64,000 nucleotides of DNA from Candidatus Cloacimonadota bacterium (GTDB lineage: Bacteria; Cloacimonadota; Cloacimonadia; JGIOTU-2): the NCBI GenBank assembly GCA_049903315.1, contig JBNGBT010000011.1, positions 30,914-94,913 on the forward strand. The letters run 5' to 3'. Under the pieces are notes generated by a model. The model saw nothing but the letters and a program-made list of their open reading frames with translations. It did no database searches and had not been told where the DNA came from. Of this stretch, positions 22,641-33,128 are shown piece after piece; position 1 is the stretch's first letter, and every line of letters begins with the position of its first letter. Position numbers and translations under genes: made by a program.

Positions 22641-25052
22641 TCACTCTACCGTAAAATACCTACCCACTATCTTGAGCACATTTTTCCAGCCCTTGAGCAT
22701 CATTTGTACGCTTGTTCCATACAATGCTTCGACAATACCTCTGACCCCATTATAGATTTTCTTACTATAGGGATGCCACCAGATATTTTTACGTGCAAAA
22801 GGTAGGATATCATTTACAATAACCTGTGGCTGTGTCATTTCATCAAAACCGATCTTTCCATGCGTGCGTCCGATACCTGATTCCTTGAATCCGCCCCAAG
22901 GCGTTTCTGCAAGCCCGTGGCTCATCAGGTGGTCATTTATCGTCACTGCACCTGCCTTGATCTTTCTGGCTATATGAATCGCCTGTACTTTGTTCTTCGA
23001 CCAGACAGATCCTGTGAGACCGAGATTGGAATCATTCGCGAGCTCAACAGCATCTTCCATATTTTTAACTTTCATCACTGCAACGACGGGACCGAAGCTT
23101 TCTTCAAGCATCACTTTCATTGTATGATCGACATCTGTGAGTACAGTTGCAGGATAAAAATTCTTGTATGATTTTGGAATTGCTGATTGAGCAAAAATCT
23201 TTGCTCCTTTTTCAAGTGCATCACGAACGTGTTCCTTGACTGTTTCGACCTGACTCTGCTTGGTCATGGAACCCATATCAACATTATAATCAGTTTCATA
23301 TCCCACACGCAGGTTATCAACCTTGATTTTCAATTTGTGTAAGAATTCATCATACACTTTTTCATGTACATAAATCCTCTCGACACCTCCGCATGACTGA
23401 CCCGCATTGGAGAGACCAGCCCATACTGCGCCGGTCGCAGCCCTGTAGATATCAGCGTCAGAACACACAAGCATTGCATCGTTGCCACCGAGTTCCAGAA
23501 CAAGAGGTGTAAGCGTCTCGGCAGCTTGTGCCATAAGCTTTTTTCCGATCGGAACGGAACCAGTGAAAAAAAGTTTATCTACTCCATTATTAAGGAACGC
23601 ATCTCCAGCTTCAGCCCCCGAAATGTTCACATAATTGAACACATTCTCAGGGAATCCTGCAGCACGAAAGCATTCTTCGAGTTTACGTCCGACCATCTGG
23701 GTATTGGATGCCACTTTGAGAACAACAGTATTTCCCGCAAGCAGCGCCATCACCACTTCTGAAAATGGAATGCCAAATGGATAATTCCACGGTGAGATGA
23801 TTCCGATGACACCAAAAGGAGTCCTATACATTGCACTCTGTTTGTTTGAAAGCATGATGTTGCCAAACCAGATGCTTTTTCTTTTCAAAAAATTCCGTGC
23901 ATGACTGCAATAATATGACAGAGCCATTGCAGCAGGAACAAGTTCTGTAGAAAGCGCATCGATCCTTGTTTTTCCATTGTCGCGCGAGATGACTTCCGCA
24001 AGCTCATCAATATGATCGATCATATATGCACGTACTCTTTTCAGGTGATCTATCTTTCTTCCAATAGGAAGTCTTGCCCATCCCTCTTGTGCGATTTTTG
24101 CTTTTTGCATGATATCTTTTATTTCGTTGGGTGTATTGAGGGTTGAGTATCCTATTATTTCTCCAGTTGTCGGATTGTACGAAGTTGTATAATTTCCACT
24201 TGGTGGTGAGAGTGTATTTCTATTCATGTGGTCGTCCTTCTTTTCTATTCTTCCGATAAATTCATCCATCGAGGCATTAATTCCAAGTATATTTGAGACA
24301 AGATCGAATATTTTAACAGGCAGTAATCGCAGAAGCCAAACTGTGTAGACAAGCAAGGGCTTCACCACTCTGCGCTTATCATATTTTATCGCATTGAAAA
24401 TTTTGCGTGCGACTTTATCTTCCTTGAGGATTGGAAGCAGAAATGAAAATCGTGATTTCACCCCCTTGAACATTCCTGTATCGATATAATACGGACATAC
24501 AACAGTAGTTTTAATATCCAGTCCAGCTTTTCGGAACTCCTGCCTGAGTGATTCATCCATGCCGAAATTAGCAAATTTAGTCGTAGAATAGACCGAAAGA
24601 TTTGCAACACCTATAATACCTGCAGCAGATGCAATTGTGACAATATGACCGCTGTTTGCCTGTCTCATTTCAGGAAGAAATGCTTTTATTATCCAAAGGT
24701 GCGCCAGTAAGTTTATCTTAATAGTTTTCTGAATATCGTCATCGGAATATTCCCAGTAGGGTTTGCCAAAGACTACTCCTGCATTATTCACGAGTATATC
24801 GATCTTGCCTATTTCCTTTTTTACTTTCTGGGCAATGTCGTCGATCTGTTTCTTATCAGAAACATCGCAATAATAACCAGTCGCAGTATATCCTTTATTT
24901 TTTATTGCGCTGGTCACTTCATCAAGATGCTTCTTATTGATATCCCAGATAACGACGTGTGCTCCTTCGATAGCCATCAAGTACGCAAGCTTTTTCCCTA
25001 TGCCGGAAGCTCCTCCTGTGATCAAAACATTTCTGTCTGCAATAATGCTCAT
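22641..25052 (-). CDS. SDR dehydrogenase fused to aldehyde dehydrogenase
   Basis: SDR motifs TGGASGIG, NNAG, YSTTK; ALDH motifs PWNYP, FTGS, ELGGND, GQSC, EESFGP. Confidence 0.88.
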   Translation of the reverse strand: MSIIADRNVLITGGASGIGKKLAYLMAIEGAHVVIWDINKKHLDEVTSAIKNKGYTATGYYCDVSDKKQIDDIAQKVKKEIGKIDILVNNAGVVFGKPYWEYSDDDIQKTIKINLLAHLWIIKAFLPEMRQANSGHIVTIASAAGIIGVANLSVYSTTKFANFGMDESLRQEFRKAGLDIKTTVVCPYYIDTGMFKGVKSRFSFLLPILKEDKVARKIFNAIKYDKRRVVKPLLVYTVWLLRLLPVKIFDLVSNILGINASMDEFIGRIEKKDDHMNRNTLSPPSGNYTTSYNPTTGEIIGYSTLNTPNEIKDIMQKAKIAQEGWARLPIGRKIDHLKRVRAYMIDHIDELAEVISRDNGKTRIDALSTELVPAAMALSYYCSHARNFLKRKSIWFGNIMLSNKQSAMYRTPFGVIGIISPWNYPFGIPFSEVVMALLAGNTVVLKVASNTQMVGRKLEECFRAAGFPENVFNYVNISGAEAGDAFLNNGVDKLFFTGSVPIGKKLMAQAAETLTPLVLELGGNDAMLVCSDADIYRAATGAVWAGLSNAGQSCGGVERIYVHEKVYDEFLHKLKIKVDNLRVGYETDYNVDMGSMTKQSQVETVKEHVRDALEKGAKIFAQSAIPKSYKNFYPATVLTDVDHTMKVMLEESFGPVVAVMKVKNMEDAVELANDSNLGLTGSVWSKNKVQAIHIARKIKAGAVTINDHLMSHGLAETPWGGFKESGIGRTHGKIGFDEMTQPQVIVNDILPFARKNIWWHPYSKKIYNGVRGIVEALYGTSVQMMLKGWKNVLKIVGRYFTVE

Positions 25053-25172
25053 TCGATCCTCGTTTCTGTTATTAAAAAAAAGACAGTTTATCAGTCGAAA
25101 AAAGACGTCAATAAATTCGTGAAATGATGAAATTCTATTGGCACATTTATTTTGATCTTTGAAAGCACATTC

Positions 25173-25204
25173 ACTTAAGACATGCTCTCCGACATGTCTC
25201 AGGT
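25173..25204. repeat. Imperfect hairpin repeat, family C
   Basis: ACTTAAGACATGCTCTCCGACATGTCTCAGGT; 30/32 identical to 50277-50308. Confidence 0.8.
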
Positions 25205-25351
25205 AAACGTATAAGTAATTGTCATAAGCGGAAGAGTTTGTGACAAGTTCGAAATATTAGAAAATTTTGGAATAATATTTCATTTTTTTATATTGACAAC
25301 TTTGATTGTGAATTTTCTTTAAACTTAATTAATTAAGGAAAATTATACAAA

Positions 25352-26212
25352 ATGACTTATAAAAAAAAGAGATTTGGTCCTGAGGAAATTTCCAAACTCA
25401 TAATCAATTTATTACAAAATAGCAAATTTATAATTACTTTATTGTACTATTTATTAATAATATCAATATCAATTATTCTTTTAATTTTTTTCATTTTTTT
25501 AGACACAAATATTGATATTAGTAAAGCAATGATAATTCCATTTATCACAGCAATTACTGCAATAATTATCTTAATTTATACAAAGGAAACTTATGAATTA
25601 AGAGTAATCGAAAGTAAAAAATATGAAAGAGAATTAAGACCAATTCTTGAGTATAAAGTCGAGCAAAGAAATGATGAAAATCCTTTTGAACTGACCCTTC
25701 TTATTCATAATAAATCGAATGAGCTAATATCATGTCTTGTAAAACTTGAATATTTTATTTTGTTAGACAATAATTCTTTTACTATTCATAAGAAAAATCC
25801 TTGGAAGAGATTTCAGGGTAATAGAATTTGGAATATTCAATATAAACAGACGATTGAGTCAAAATTTGAAATTACTAAAGCATTCAAATGGTATAATTCT
25901 TGGCTTGATTCCTATTATCTTTACAAATCTTCAGAAGACTATTCTTTATACATGAAATCAATCATGGAATTATCCAAATTTTATAAACCTGATTACAATA
26001 TTGAGGAAATGAGATCTTTCAAATTACTATTTAAATTTCATCTTGTTAGTTTCACTAATTCTACAAATGTTATTCCTTATATACCAATTACATATATTAT
26101 AAATATGCTTCTTGTTAATCACAATTTGGAATATTGTTTTACTAGTGAAACTCCTGCATATAAATATGATAAAATTCCTAAGTGGGCTGAAAAAATAATA
26201 AATAATTTGTGA
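25352..26212 (+). CDS. AT-rich hypothetical membrane protein
   Basis: 286-aa ORF, two N-terminal hydrophobic segments, AAGGA RBS. Confidence 0.65.
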   Translation: MTYKKKRFGPEEISKLIINLLQNSKFIITLLYYLLIISISIILLIFFIFLDTNIDISKAMIIPFITAITAIIILIYTKETYELRVIESKKYERELRPILEYKVEQRNDENPFELTLLIHNKSNELISCLVKLEYFILLDNNSFTIHKKNPWKRFQGNRIWNIQYKQTIESKFEITKAFKWYNSWLDSYYLYKSSEDYSLYMKSIMELSKFYKPDYNIEEMRSFKLLFKFHLVSFTNSTNVIPYIPITYIINMLLVNHNLEYCFTSETPAYKYDKIPKWAEKIINNL

Positions 26213-26221
26213 GGATTTCTT

Positions 26222-29143
26222 ATGAAAAAAATAACATTTTTAGTTTTTATTTTACTCCTTCCCATTCTCCTATTCTCAGATAATGCCAAGCCTTATCCCG
26301 ATTATCAGAAAATAATAGAAAACACGAATCTAAATTTAAGGCAGCAGGCAGATTTCTATGAACAATTCCGAGAAATACTTGAGGACTCGAAGAATATGGA
26401 TAACTATGATGTCACCTACTATAAAATAGACATCGATATAGATATTGATGCTGAGTTCATAGAATCTGAAATAACTATGCAGGCAAGGATCTGCGAGGAT
26501 CAAATTGAAGAGATTGAGTTGAATTTCACGAATAATTTAACCGTCACAGATATTCAACAGAATACCACTTCTCTCATCTTCGTTCATTCGGACGATATCA
26601 TAACTATCCAACTCGATGACACATATAATACTGATGACTTGATCGAGATTACAGTATCGTATGAAGGTTATCCTGACACAAAACTCAGCGACGGCATGAA
26701 GTTTGAATCCCACAATAGTACTCCGAATGTCTTTACAATGGTGTCTCCAAAGGGTGCCAGAAAGTGGTGGGCATGTAAAGATACACCTGCAGATAAACCG
26801 GATTCTCTCGATATCTGGATCACCTATCCTGAAGAATATGTGTGCGCATCCAACGGATTACTCATCGAGCAAATCAATAATGGAGACGATACAGTTACAG
26901 ACAAATGGCACGAATCCTATCCTGTAGCAACATATCTCACTTCACTTGCGATCTCAAATTATCAAATTTACTCGCAGACGTACACGTCCGGTGATCAGAC
27001 AATGCCGATCGACCACTATCTTTTTCCAGAATTGTATACTACTTGTGAAGATCTTTTTAGCATAACGCCTGATATGATAACATTTTTTGCATCTGTGTAT
27101 GGTGAATATCCCTTTATTGAGGAGAAATATGGACATGCTTTATGTGCAAACCTGAGCTGTCTTGCAATGGAGCATCAAACCTGCACCTCTTTTCGAAGTG
27201 GATATGTCGGAGATCCGGGGGCAGAATCGACCATTGCACATGAGCTTTCACATCAATGGGCTGGGGACTGCCTTTCTATTGGCTCGTGGGCGCATGTGTG
27301 GCTGAAAGAGGGTTTTGCACGCTATAGTGAAGCGTTATGGGCAGAGAATTTGTACGGATCACAGGGTTTGCATGATTTCATGAATGCACTCGATACAGGC
27401 ACAAATCTCGATCCGTGCTTATACCGCGATCCTGATGGCTCTGCATCGCAAATTTTTGATATTGTGATATATTCGAAAGGAGCTTGGACAATGCATATGC
27501 TTCGCGGCGTATTGGGAGATACTGATTACTTTTCAACCGTGTATAACCTCATGCAGGATCCGCAATTCAAATATGGAAATTTCCTTACTGATGACCTGAG
27601 AGACATCGCTGAAAACACAAGCGGTATGGAACTCGACTGGTTCTTTAATGAGTGGTTTTATAATGAAGGACGACCCTATTATTTCTATACAACGTATACA
27701 TCTGAGATGGAAGATTCTTTGATCATTACTACTCAATCCGAAGGAACTTTCGGGCAAAATTTTGCTATGCAATTGCCAGTATGCATCAATAATATAGACT
27801 ATAGTATTTTTGCTGATTCCGGTTTCTGTTATAATAAACTTCCTCTAACCGGCACACTCGATGATCTTGTGTTCGATCCGGATAACTGGGTATTGGATGG
27901 CGGATATAATGAGAAAATTCCTGTTCTTGACGAGATAGAAGCAACTCGCGGGGCAATATTACTTGTATGGAATGAATTCTTTGATCCACAAATCGAAGGA
28001 TATAATATTTACAGAAAGCAAGTTGGTGAAGAATATATAAAAATCAATGATGAGACTATTACTGATATTTCTTATTTTGATGAAAATGTAATTACAGGAG
28101 TTGAATACTATTACAAAATCGCAGCTGTACTTGAAAGTGACACACAATATATCAGTAAATTTTCTAATGAAGTACATGGCACATCAATTGATTTCTCACT
28201 CGATCAGGGAATACTTGTGATAGATGAGACTGATCAGATCAGTCCGGCGTTTCCGACAAATGCAGAGGTTGATTCTTTCTACCAGTATTTGCTTCAGGGC
28301 TATGAATACACGGAGTGGGATGTCGATGATCAGGGGAGTCTCCCCCCACTTTCTGAGATGGCAAAATACAGTAGCATTGTCTGGCATTCTGATGAGATGT
28401 TCACCTCTCAATTTATTGGTTCGGTATATCCTTTGAAAAGCTACTTTATTGCAGGAGGAAATATGTTCGTATCCGGTTGGAAACATCTTCCGGGACCTTC
28501 CGATCTTTTTGAACACTATCTCCACACTTCTTTGCCCGAATACAATTCAGACGATGATTTCACTGGTGCGTATGGTCTAGAAGGGCTACCCTATCTCGAT
28601 GTGATAGAATCCAAAGTCCCAATTGCCATGTGGGGCGATAATCTCAGCTATATTTATAAACTTTTCCCCGAAAATGATGCAGATACGATCTTCACTTATG
28701 ACTCTTCAATTGATGCTCCGGGATGGGAGGGTATGCCCTGCGCTCTGCGATTTAATGGTGAATACAATCTTTATCTTCTTGGTTTTCCATTGTATTATAT
28801 GGATGAATCCGGCGCACGGCATCTTATGCAGCAAGCGATGCAAGATTTTGGAGAGGTGTATGCTGTAGATCCTCACCCTCAAGATGAAATATCGTTACGA
28901 TTATTTCCAAATCCAGTAAAAGAAAATTGTATTATTTCATACTCGTTGAATCAAACGGAGATGGTTAAGCTGGGAGTGTTTAACGTAAGAGGACAACTCG
29001 TGGAAACAGTAGTATATGAGATTCAAAATGTTGGAAATCATAATCTAAATTGGCATGTTGAAAAGTTTGCATCCGGGATTTATTTATGTAAATTAGTTAT
29101 TGGTGATGCTGTTTATAATAAGAAAGTATTGATAATTAGATAA
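26222..29143 (+). CDS. Secreted M1-family aminopeptidase with FN3-like domain and T9SS/FlgD-like C-terminal domain
   Basis: Signal peptide, LAMEH, HELSH-x18-E (WLKEG), YSKGA, C-terminal FPNP...SGIYLCKL. Confidence 0.9.
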   Translation: MKKITFLVFILLLPILLFSDNAKPYPDYQKIIENTNLNLRQQADFYEQFREILEDSKNMDNYDVTYYKIDIDIDIDAEFIESEITMQARICEDQIEEIELNFTNNLTVTDIQQNTTSLIFVHSDDIITIQLDDTYNTDDLIEITVSYEGYPDTKLSDGMKFESHNSTPNVFTMVSPKGARKWWACKDTPADKPDSLDIWITYPEEYVCASNGLLIEQINNGDDTVTDKWHESYPVATYLTSLAISNYQIYSQTYTSGDQTMPIDHYLFPELYTTCEDLFSITPDMITFFASVYGEYPFIEEKYGHALCANLSCLAMEHQTCTSFRSGYVGDPGAESTIAHELSHQWAGDCLSIGSWAHVWLKEGFARYSEALWAENLYGSQGLHDFMNALDTGTNLDPCLYRDPDGSASQIFDIVIYSKGAWTMHMLRGVLGDTDYFSTVYNLMQDPQFKYGNFLTDDLRDIAENTSGMELDWFFNEWFYNEGRPYYFYTTYTSEMEDSLIITTQSEGTFGQNFAMQLPVCINNIDYSIFADSGFCYNKLPLTGTLDDLVFDPDNWVLDGGYNEKIPVLDEIEATRGAILLVWNEFFDPQIEGYNIYRKQVGEEYIKINDETITDISYFDENVITGVEYYYKIAAVLESDTQYISKFSNEVHGTSIDFSLDQGILVIDETDQISPAFPTNAEVDSFYQYLLQGYEYTEWDVDDQGSLPPLSEMAKYSSIVWHSDEMFTSQFIGSVYPLKSYFIAGGNMFVSGWKHLPGPSDLFEHYLHTSLPEYNSDDDFTGAYGLEGLPYLDVIESKVPIAMWGDNLSYIYKLFPENDADTIFTYDSSIDAPGWEGMPCALRFNGEYNLYLLGFPLYYMDESGARHLMQQAMQDFGEVYAVDPHPQDEISLRLFPNPVKENCIISYSLNQTEMVKLGVFNVRGQLVETVVYEIQNVGNHNLNWHVEKFASGIYLCKLVIGDAVYNKKVLIIR

Positions 29144-29152
29144 TATAAATTT

Positions 29153-29235
29153 TCTCACCATCCTTAAAAAAAAATGGCTCCACAGGAGGGATTTGATCCG
29201 CCAGCTGGCGGATAACAGACACCTGCTCTACCGCT
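29153..29235 (-). pseudogene. Truncated tRNA-Asn copy plus trailer, with 16-bp palindrome replacement
   Basis: Matches 29481-29563 except that 17 nt are replaced by TCCGCCAGCTGGCGGA (29197-29212); also one substitution and one extra A in the A-run. Lacks the tRNA 5' end. Confidence 0.9.
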
Positions 29236-29479
29236 ACGAAAAAATTTCTTCCCGAATGAATTTTCTTCCCTGATAAGATTTCAATTCCCTTTCTCTTTTC
29301 ATTGCTTCTGATTTTGTTTCAAATTCTTCATGATAGACTAAATCCCAAGGAATATATTTCGCAGTCCAGCCCTGGATGCCTTGATTGTGAAAATGTAATC
29401 TTCTTTCTAAGTTGTTGGTATAACCAATATAGATCTTATCATATACGGGAGAATATAAAACATAAGTATAATATTTCAA
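29234..29479 (-). CDS. Small stand-alone GIY-YIG nuclease
   Basis: 81 aa: YTYVLYS...IYIGYTNNLERRL..HN..W...EAMKRERELK. Confidence 0.92.
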   Translation of the reverse strand: MKYYTYVLYSPVYDKIYIGYTNNLERRLHFHNQGIQGWTAKYIPWDLVYHEEFETKSEAMKRERELKSYQGRKFIREEIFS

Positions 29480-29501
29480 ATCTCACCATCCTTAAAAAAA
29501 A

Positions 29502-29576
29502 TGGCTCCACAGGAGGGATTTGAACCCCCGACAAAGTGGTTAACAGCCACCTGCTCTACCGCTGAGCTACTGTGGA
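29502..29576 (-). tRNA. tRNA-Asn(GTT), intact, CCA encoded
   Basis: Cloverleaf TCCACAG/CTGTGGA, anticodon arm GGTGG-CTGTTAA-CCACT, TTCAAAT T-loop. Confidence 0.96.
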
Positions 29577-29696
29577 ACGTAGTGGAGACTTACATCCAGT
29601 GACCGCTCCTTAGTGTCAAGAAAATCAAGACCTATTTATATATAAAAACTAATTTAACCTTTAATAAAATTTCTTATCCCTTACAAACCTAACACA

Positions 29697-29773
29697 CTCC
29701 ACAGGAGGGATTTGAACCCCGTCCGCCAGCTGGCGGATAACAGCCACCTGCTCTATCGCTGAGCTACTGTGGA
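29697..29773 (-). pseudogene. Defective tRNA-Asn copy with the same 16-bp palindrome
   Basis: Palindrome at 29722-29737, D-loop GG>GA, no CCA. Upstream 47 bp also duplicated (6 mismatches versus 29577-29623). Confidence 0.9.
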
Positions 29774-29827
29774 ACGTAGTGGAGACTTACATCTGATGAC
29801 TGCTCATTCGTGTCAAGAAATATGACA

Positions 29828-31072
29828 CTATGCAATCATCTGATCCTGGTCTTTTTTATCTTTTGAGTTTATAAATTGAAAAATTGGAGCTCCGTTATCA
29901 ATAATAACATCACGAGTTATAATACACTTGTTGACATCCTTCATATCAGGAAGATTATACATGATGTCCTTCATAACATTTTCCATTATAGCTCTTAATC
30001 CCCGGGCTCCGGATTGCCGTTTTGTTGCAATTTCTGCAATCGCATCAAGTGCTTCAACCTCAAATTCAAGGTCAACATCTTCTAGATCGAATAATGCCTG
30101 ATATTGCTTTATTAGAGCATTCTTTGGTTCTGTAAGTATTCTCACCAATGCATCTTTATCAAGTTCTGAAAGTGAGGTGTTCACAGGAAGTCTTCCTATC
30201 AATTCAGGAACCAGCCCATATTTTAACAAATCCTGGGGCTGCACCTTACTGAGGATTTCACTCCTTCTGTCTTCATAAAGACCAAGAAGCTCGGAACCAA
30301 AGCCAATCGTCTTTTTATTTATTCTTCTCTCTATTATCTTCTCAAGTTCATTGAAAGCCCCGCCAACAATGAACAAAATATTCTTCGTGTTGATCTCAAT
30401 AAACTCCTGATGCGGATGCTTTCTTCCACCTTTTGGTGGCACATTTACTTTTTCACCTTCGAGAAGTTTCAAGAGTGCCTGCTGCACACCTTCTCCGGAT
30501 ACATCTCGTGTAATAGAAGGAGTTTCAGATTTACGAGCTATCTTATCTATCTCATCCAAATATATAATACCTCGCTCAGTTTTTTCAATATCATAATCTG
30601 CAGCTTGAAGCAAACGGACGAGAATATTCTCTACATCCTCTCCAACATAACCGGCTTCTGTAAGGGTGGTTGCATCTGAAATCGCAAAGGGAACTTTAAG
30701 AAAACGAGCAAGTGTCTGCGCAATAAGAGTTTTCCCTGTGCCTGTCGGTCCGATCATGATAATATTACTTTTCTCGAGTTCAACATCTTTGACGTAGCGC
30801 TGTTTAAAAATTCTCTTATAATGATTGTACACAGCTACAGAAATAGTTTTCTTGGCATTTTCCTGTCCAATCACATATTCATCGAGATATTCTTTGATCT
30901 CTCGCGGAGTTGGCAGTTCAAAATTATCATCAACTTTTTTCTCACGTTCCTTCTCTAGGATCGTGTTGCATATGGTAATACATGTATCACAGATGTTGCC
31001 GTCAACACCACGCACGAGTTTGGTAACCTGATCACGGGTTTTTCCGCAAAAGGAACATTTTTGTTCTTCCAT
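29828..31072 (-). CDS. clpX: Clp protease ATPase ClpX
   Basis: CSFC..CDTC zinc domain, [17 protein letters not shown] loop. Confidence 0.98.
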   Translation of the reverse strand: MEEQKCSFCGKTRDQVTKLVRGVDGNICDTCITICNTILEKEREKKVDDNFELPTPREIKEYLDEYVIGQENAKKTISVAVYNHYKRIFKQRYVKDVELEKSNIIMIGPTGTGKTLIAQTLARFLKVPFAISDATTLTEAGYVGEDVENILVRLLQAADYDIEKTERGIIYLDEIDKIARKSETPSITRDVSGEGVQQALLKLLEGEKVNVPPKGGRKHPHQEFIEINTKNILFIVGGAFNELEKIIERRINKKTIGFGSELLGLYEDRRSEILSKVQPQDLLKYGLVPELIGRLPVNTSLSELDKDALVRILTEPKNALIKQYQALFDLEDVDLEFEVEALDAIAEIATKRQSGARGLRAIMENVMKDIMYNLPDMKDVNKCIITRDVIIDNGAPIFQFINSKDKKDQDQMIA

Positions 31073-31073
31073 A

Positions 31074-31655
31074 TTACTTCCTTTGAGTTATAACCTCATC
31101 AATAATACCATATTTAAGAGCTTCTTTTGCATCCATGAAAAAGTTCCTGTCGGAGTCTTTTTCGATCTTACCTATTTTTTGACCAGTGTGTTTGCTTAAA
31201 ATCTGGTTGATGCGCTCCTTGATCTTAATGATCTCTCTTGCATGAATTTCTATATCTGCTGCCTGTCCCTGTACTCCACCAAGTGGTTGATGGATCATAA
31301 TCCGCGAATTGGGCAATGCAGAACGCTTTCCATGAGCACCTGCAGCGAGTAGAAGCGCTCCCATACTTGCAGCTTGTCCTAAGCATATTGTACAAATATC
31401 CGGTTTGATGTACTGCATTGTATCATAGATCGCCAATCCGGAAGTGACTACCCCACCGGGAGAATTGATGTACATATATATATCGTTTTTCGGATTTTCT
31501 GCTTCAAGGTGCAGAAGCTGAGCAATGATAATGTTCGCCATATCATCATTCATTGCTGAGCCCACAAACACAATACGATCTTTTAAAAGACGGGAATAAA
31601 TATCATAAGCTCTTTCGACTTTTCCCGTTTGCTCAATGACCATTGGAATCAGCAT
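31074..31655 (-). CDS. clpP: Clp protease proteolytic subunit
   Basis: DIYSRLL, INSPGG, AASMG, MIHQP. Confidence 0.98.
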   Translation of the reverse strand: MLIPMVIEQTGKVERAYDIYSRLLKDRIVFVGSAMNDDMANIIIAQLLHLEAENPKNDIYMYINSPGGVVTSGLAIYDTMQYIKPDICTICLGQAASMGALLLAAGAHGKRSALPNSRIMIHQPLGGVQGQAADIEIHAREIIKIKERINQILSKHTGQKIGKIEKDSDRNFFMDAKEALKYGIIDEVITQRK

Positions 31656-32959
31656 TATTTTTCCTCTTTTTTATTTACTTTCTTCTCAGTTTTCTCTTTT
31701 GTCGGTTTTTTAAATTCAACCGTGCTTTCAATATTTTTCATGATCTTATCACTTATAAGATTTTCTTTAATTTCTTCTTTATTGATCTGCTTCTTGTAGA
31801 GTTCCTTGTACTTATCGATGTCCATACCCATTTTCTCGGCTGACAGCCTGATCTCATTTTCAACTTCTTCATCTGTTACATCGACTTTTTCTAGCTCTTT
31901 CAATTTATTCATTACATAATATAAGCGGATTTCATTTTCTGCATAACTTTTATATACAATTTTCATTTGTGCAAGAGCTTCAGTATTGAGATTTTTCTGC
32001 TGTTGGGCATACTTTTTTATCATTTCTTGAGCATAATTATCTACAAAGGATTCAGGAACTTCAAAAGGATTTTTCTCAATTATTTTCTGAAGGATCAGGG
32101 ATTTGATCTGCCCTTTATTTCTTTGTGAAATCTGCTCCCCTAAACCTTTTTTGATTTCATCCTTTAATACTTTAAGAGAATCAAACTCCCCGATTTCTTT
32201 TGCGAAATCATCATTCAGTTCCGGAAGTTCTACCTTCTTCACTTCTTTAATCTTGAGCAGCATTTCCTTTTTTTCGGATTTATCTTTTTCATCCTGGGGA
32301 CCAAGCTCCACTTCTGCAGTAATATCATCACCCTTTTGAGCTCCAATGAGTGATTTGTCAAAGGCTTTGCCATAAGTCTCCTGCCCGATTTTATAGGAAC
32401 TTTCTTCTTTCTTAGTGACATCTTTTCCATCAAATTTCAGAACAGTGTAATTGATCACATCACCTTTTTCAGCAGGACCTTCCTTATCAGAAATCGTTGC
32501 ATAACTCTCCTGCAATCGAGAGAGTTCACCATCAATCATCTCTTTTGTTACCTTTTCCGGTTCGAATTCAACAGAAAAATTTTTGTAGTCTTTCAACTCT
32601 ATCTCCGGATTGACCTCAAAAGTAAAAGACAATTCCATGTCTTTTCCCGGTTCCCAGTCGGAATCTTCAAGAGCACCCTGGTTTATTGGATGGATACCCA
32701 TCTTACCCAATTCTTCTAATGCCAATTTATAATATTTCGGGACAGCGTCTTCAAAAAATCCCTGTTTGATCTGGTCTTTATACATTCTTTCGATCATCTT
32801 AAGGGGAGCCTTACCTTTTCGAAATCCCGGCAGAGACACATATTGTCGAAAGCCGTTAAGTGTTGAGTTATAATCTTTTTGAGCAATATCATTCGGTACA
32901 GAGAAACTCATTTTTCTCTTGGTTTCACTCACTTTTTCAATCTTTGGTTTCAGTTCCAT
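31655..32959 (-). CDS. tig: Trigger factor
   Basis: [16 protein letters not shown]; tig-clpP-clpX synteny. Confidence 0.95.
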   Translation of the reverse strand: MELKPKIEKVSETKRKMSFSVPNDIAQKDYNSTLNGFRQYVSLPGFRKGKAPLKMIERMYKDQIKQGFFEDAVPKYYKLALEELGKMGIHPINQGALEDSDWEPGKDMELSFTFEVNPEIELKDYKNFSVEFEPEKVTKEMIDGELSRLQESYATISDKEGPAEKGDVINYTVLKFDGKDVTKKEESSYKIGQETYGKAFDKSLIGAQKGDDITAEVELGPQDEKDKSEKKEMLLKIKEVKKVELPELNDDFAKEIGEFDSLKVLKDEIKKGLGEQISQRNKGQIKSLILQKIIEKNPFEVPESFVDNYAQEMIKKYAQQQKNLNTEALAQMKIVYKSYAENEIRLYYVMNKLKELEKVDVTDEEVENEIRLSAEKMGMDIDKYKELYKKQINKEEIKENLISDKIMKNIESTVEFKKPTKEKTEKKVNKKEEK

Positions 32960-32988
32960 TCTATATTCCTTTTTTCTTTATAAAATCT

Positions 32989-33075
32989 TGGTGCGAAAGA
33001 GGGGACTCGAACCCCTACAACCTTTCGGCCACTGGATTCTAAGTCCAGCGCGTCTACCAGTTCCGCCACTTTCGC
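32989..33075 (-). tRNA. tRNA-Leu(TAG)
   Basis: GCGAAAG acceptor, CTGGA-CTTAGAA-TCCAG, long variable arm, A73, CCA. Confidence 0.96.
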
Positions 33076-33128
33076 ACGAATTTATGAAATGATAATAAAG
33101 TGTACATCGGTGTCAAATAACTAACGGA

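Noticed and set aside
29153..29576. Classical prophage/ICE attL-attR
   Set aside because: The insert is only about 245 bp with no integrase, and the duplication includes the trailer and an altered anticodon arm
29722..29737. Spliceable tRNA intron at 37/38
   Set aside because: Removing the palindrome does not restore the tRNA because native nucleotides are deleted
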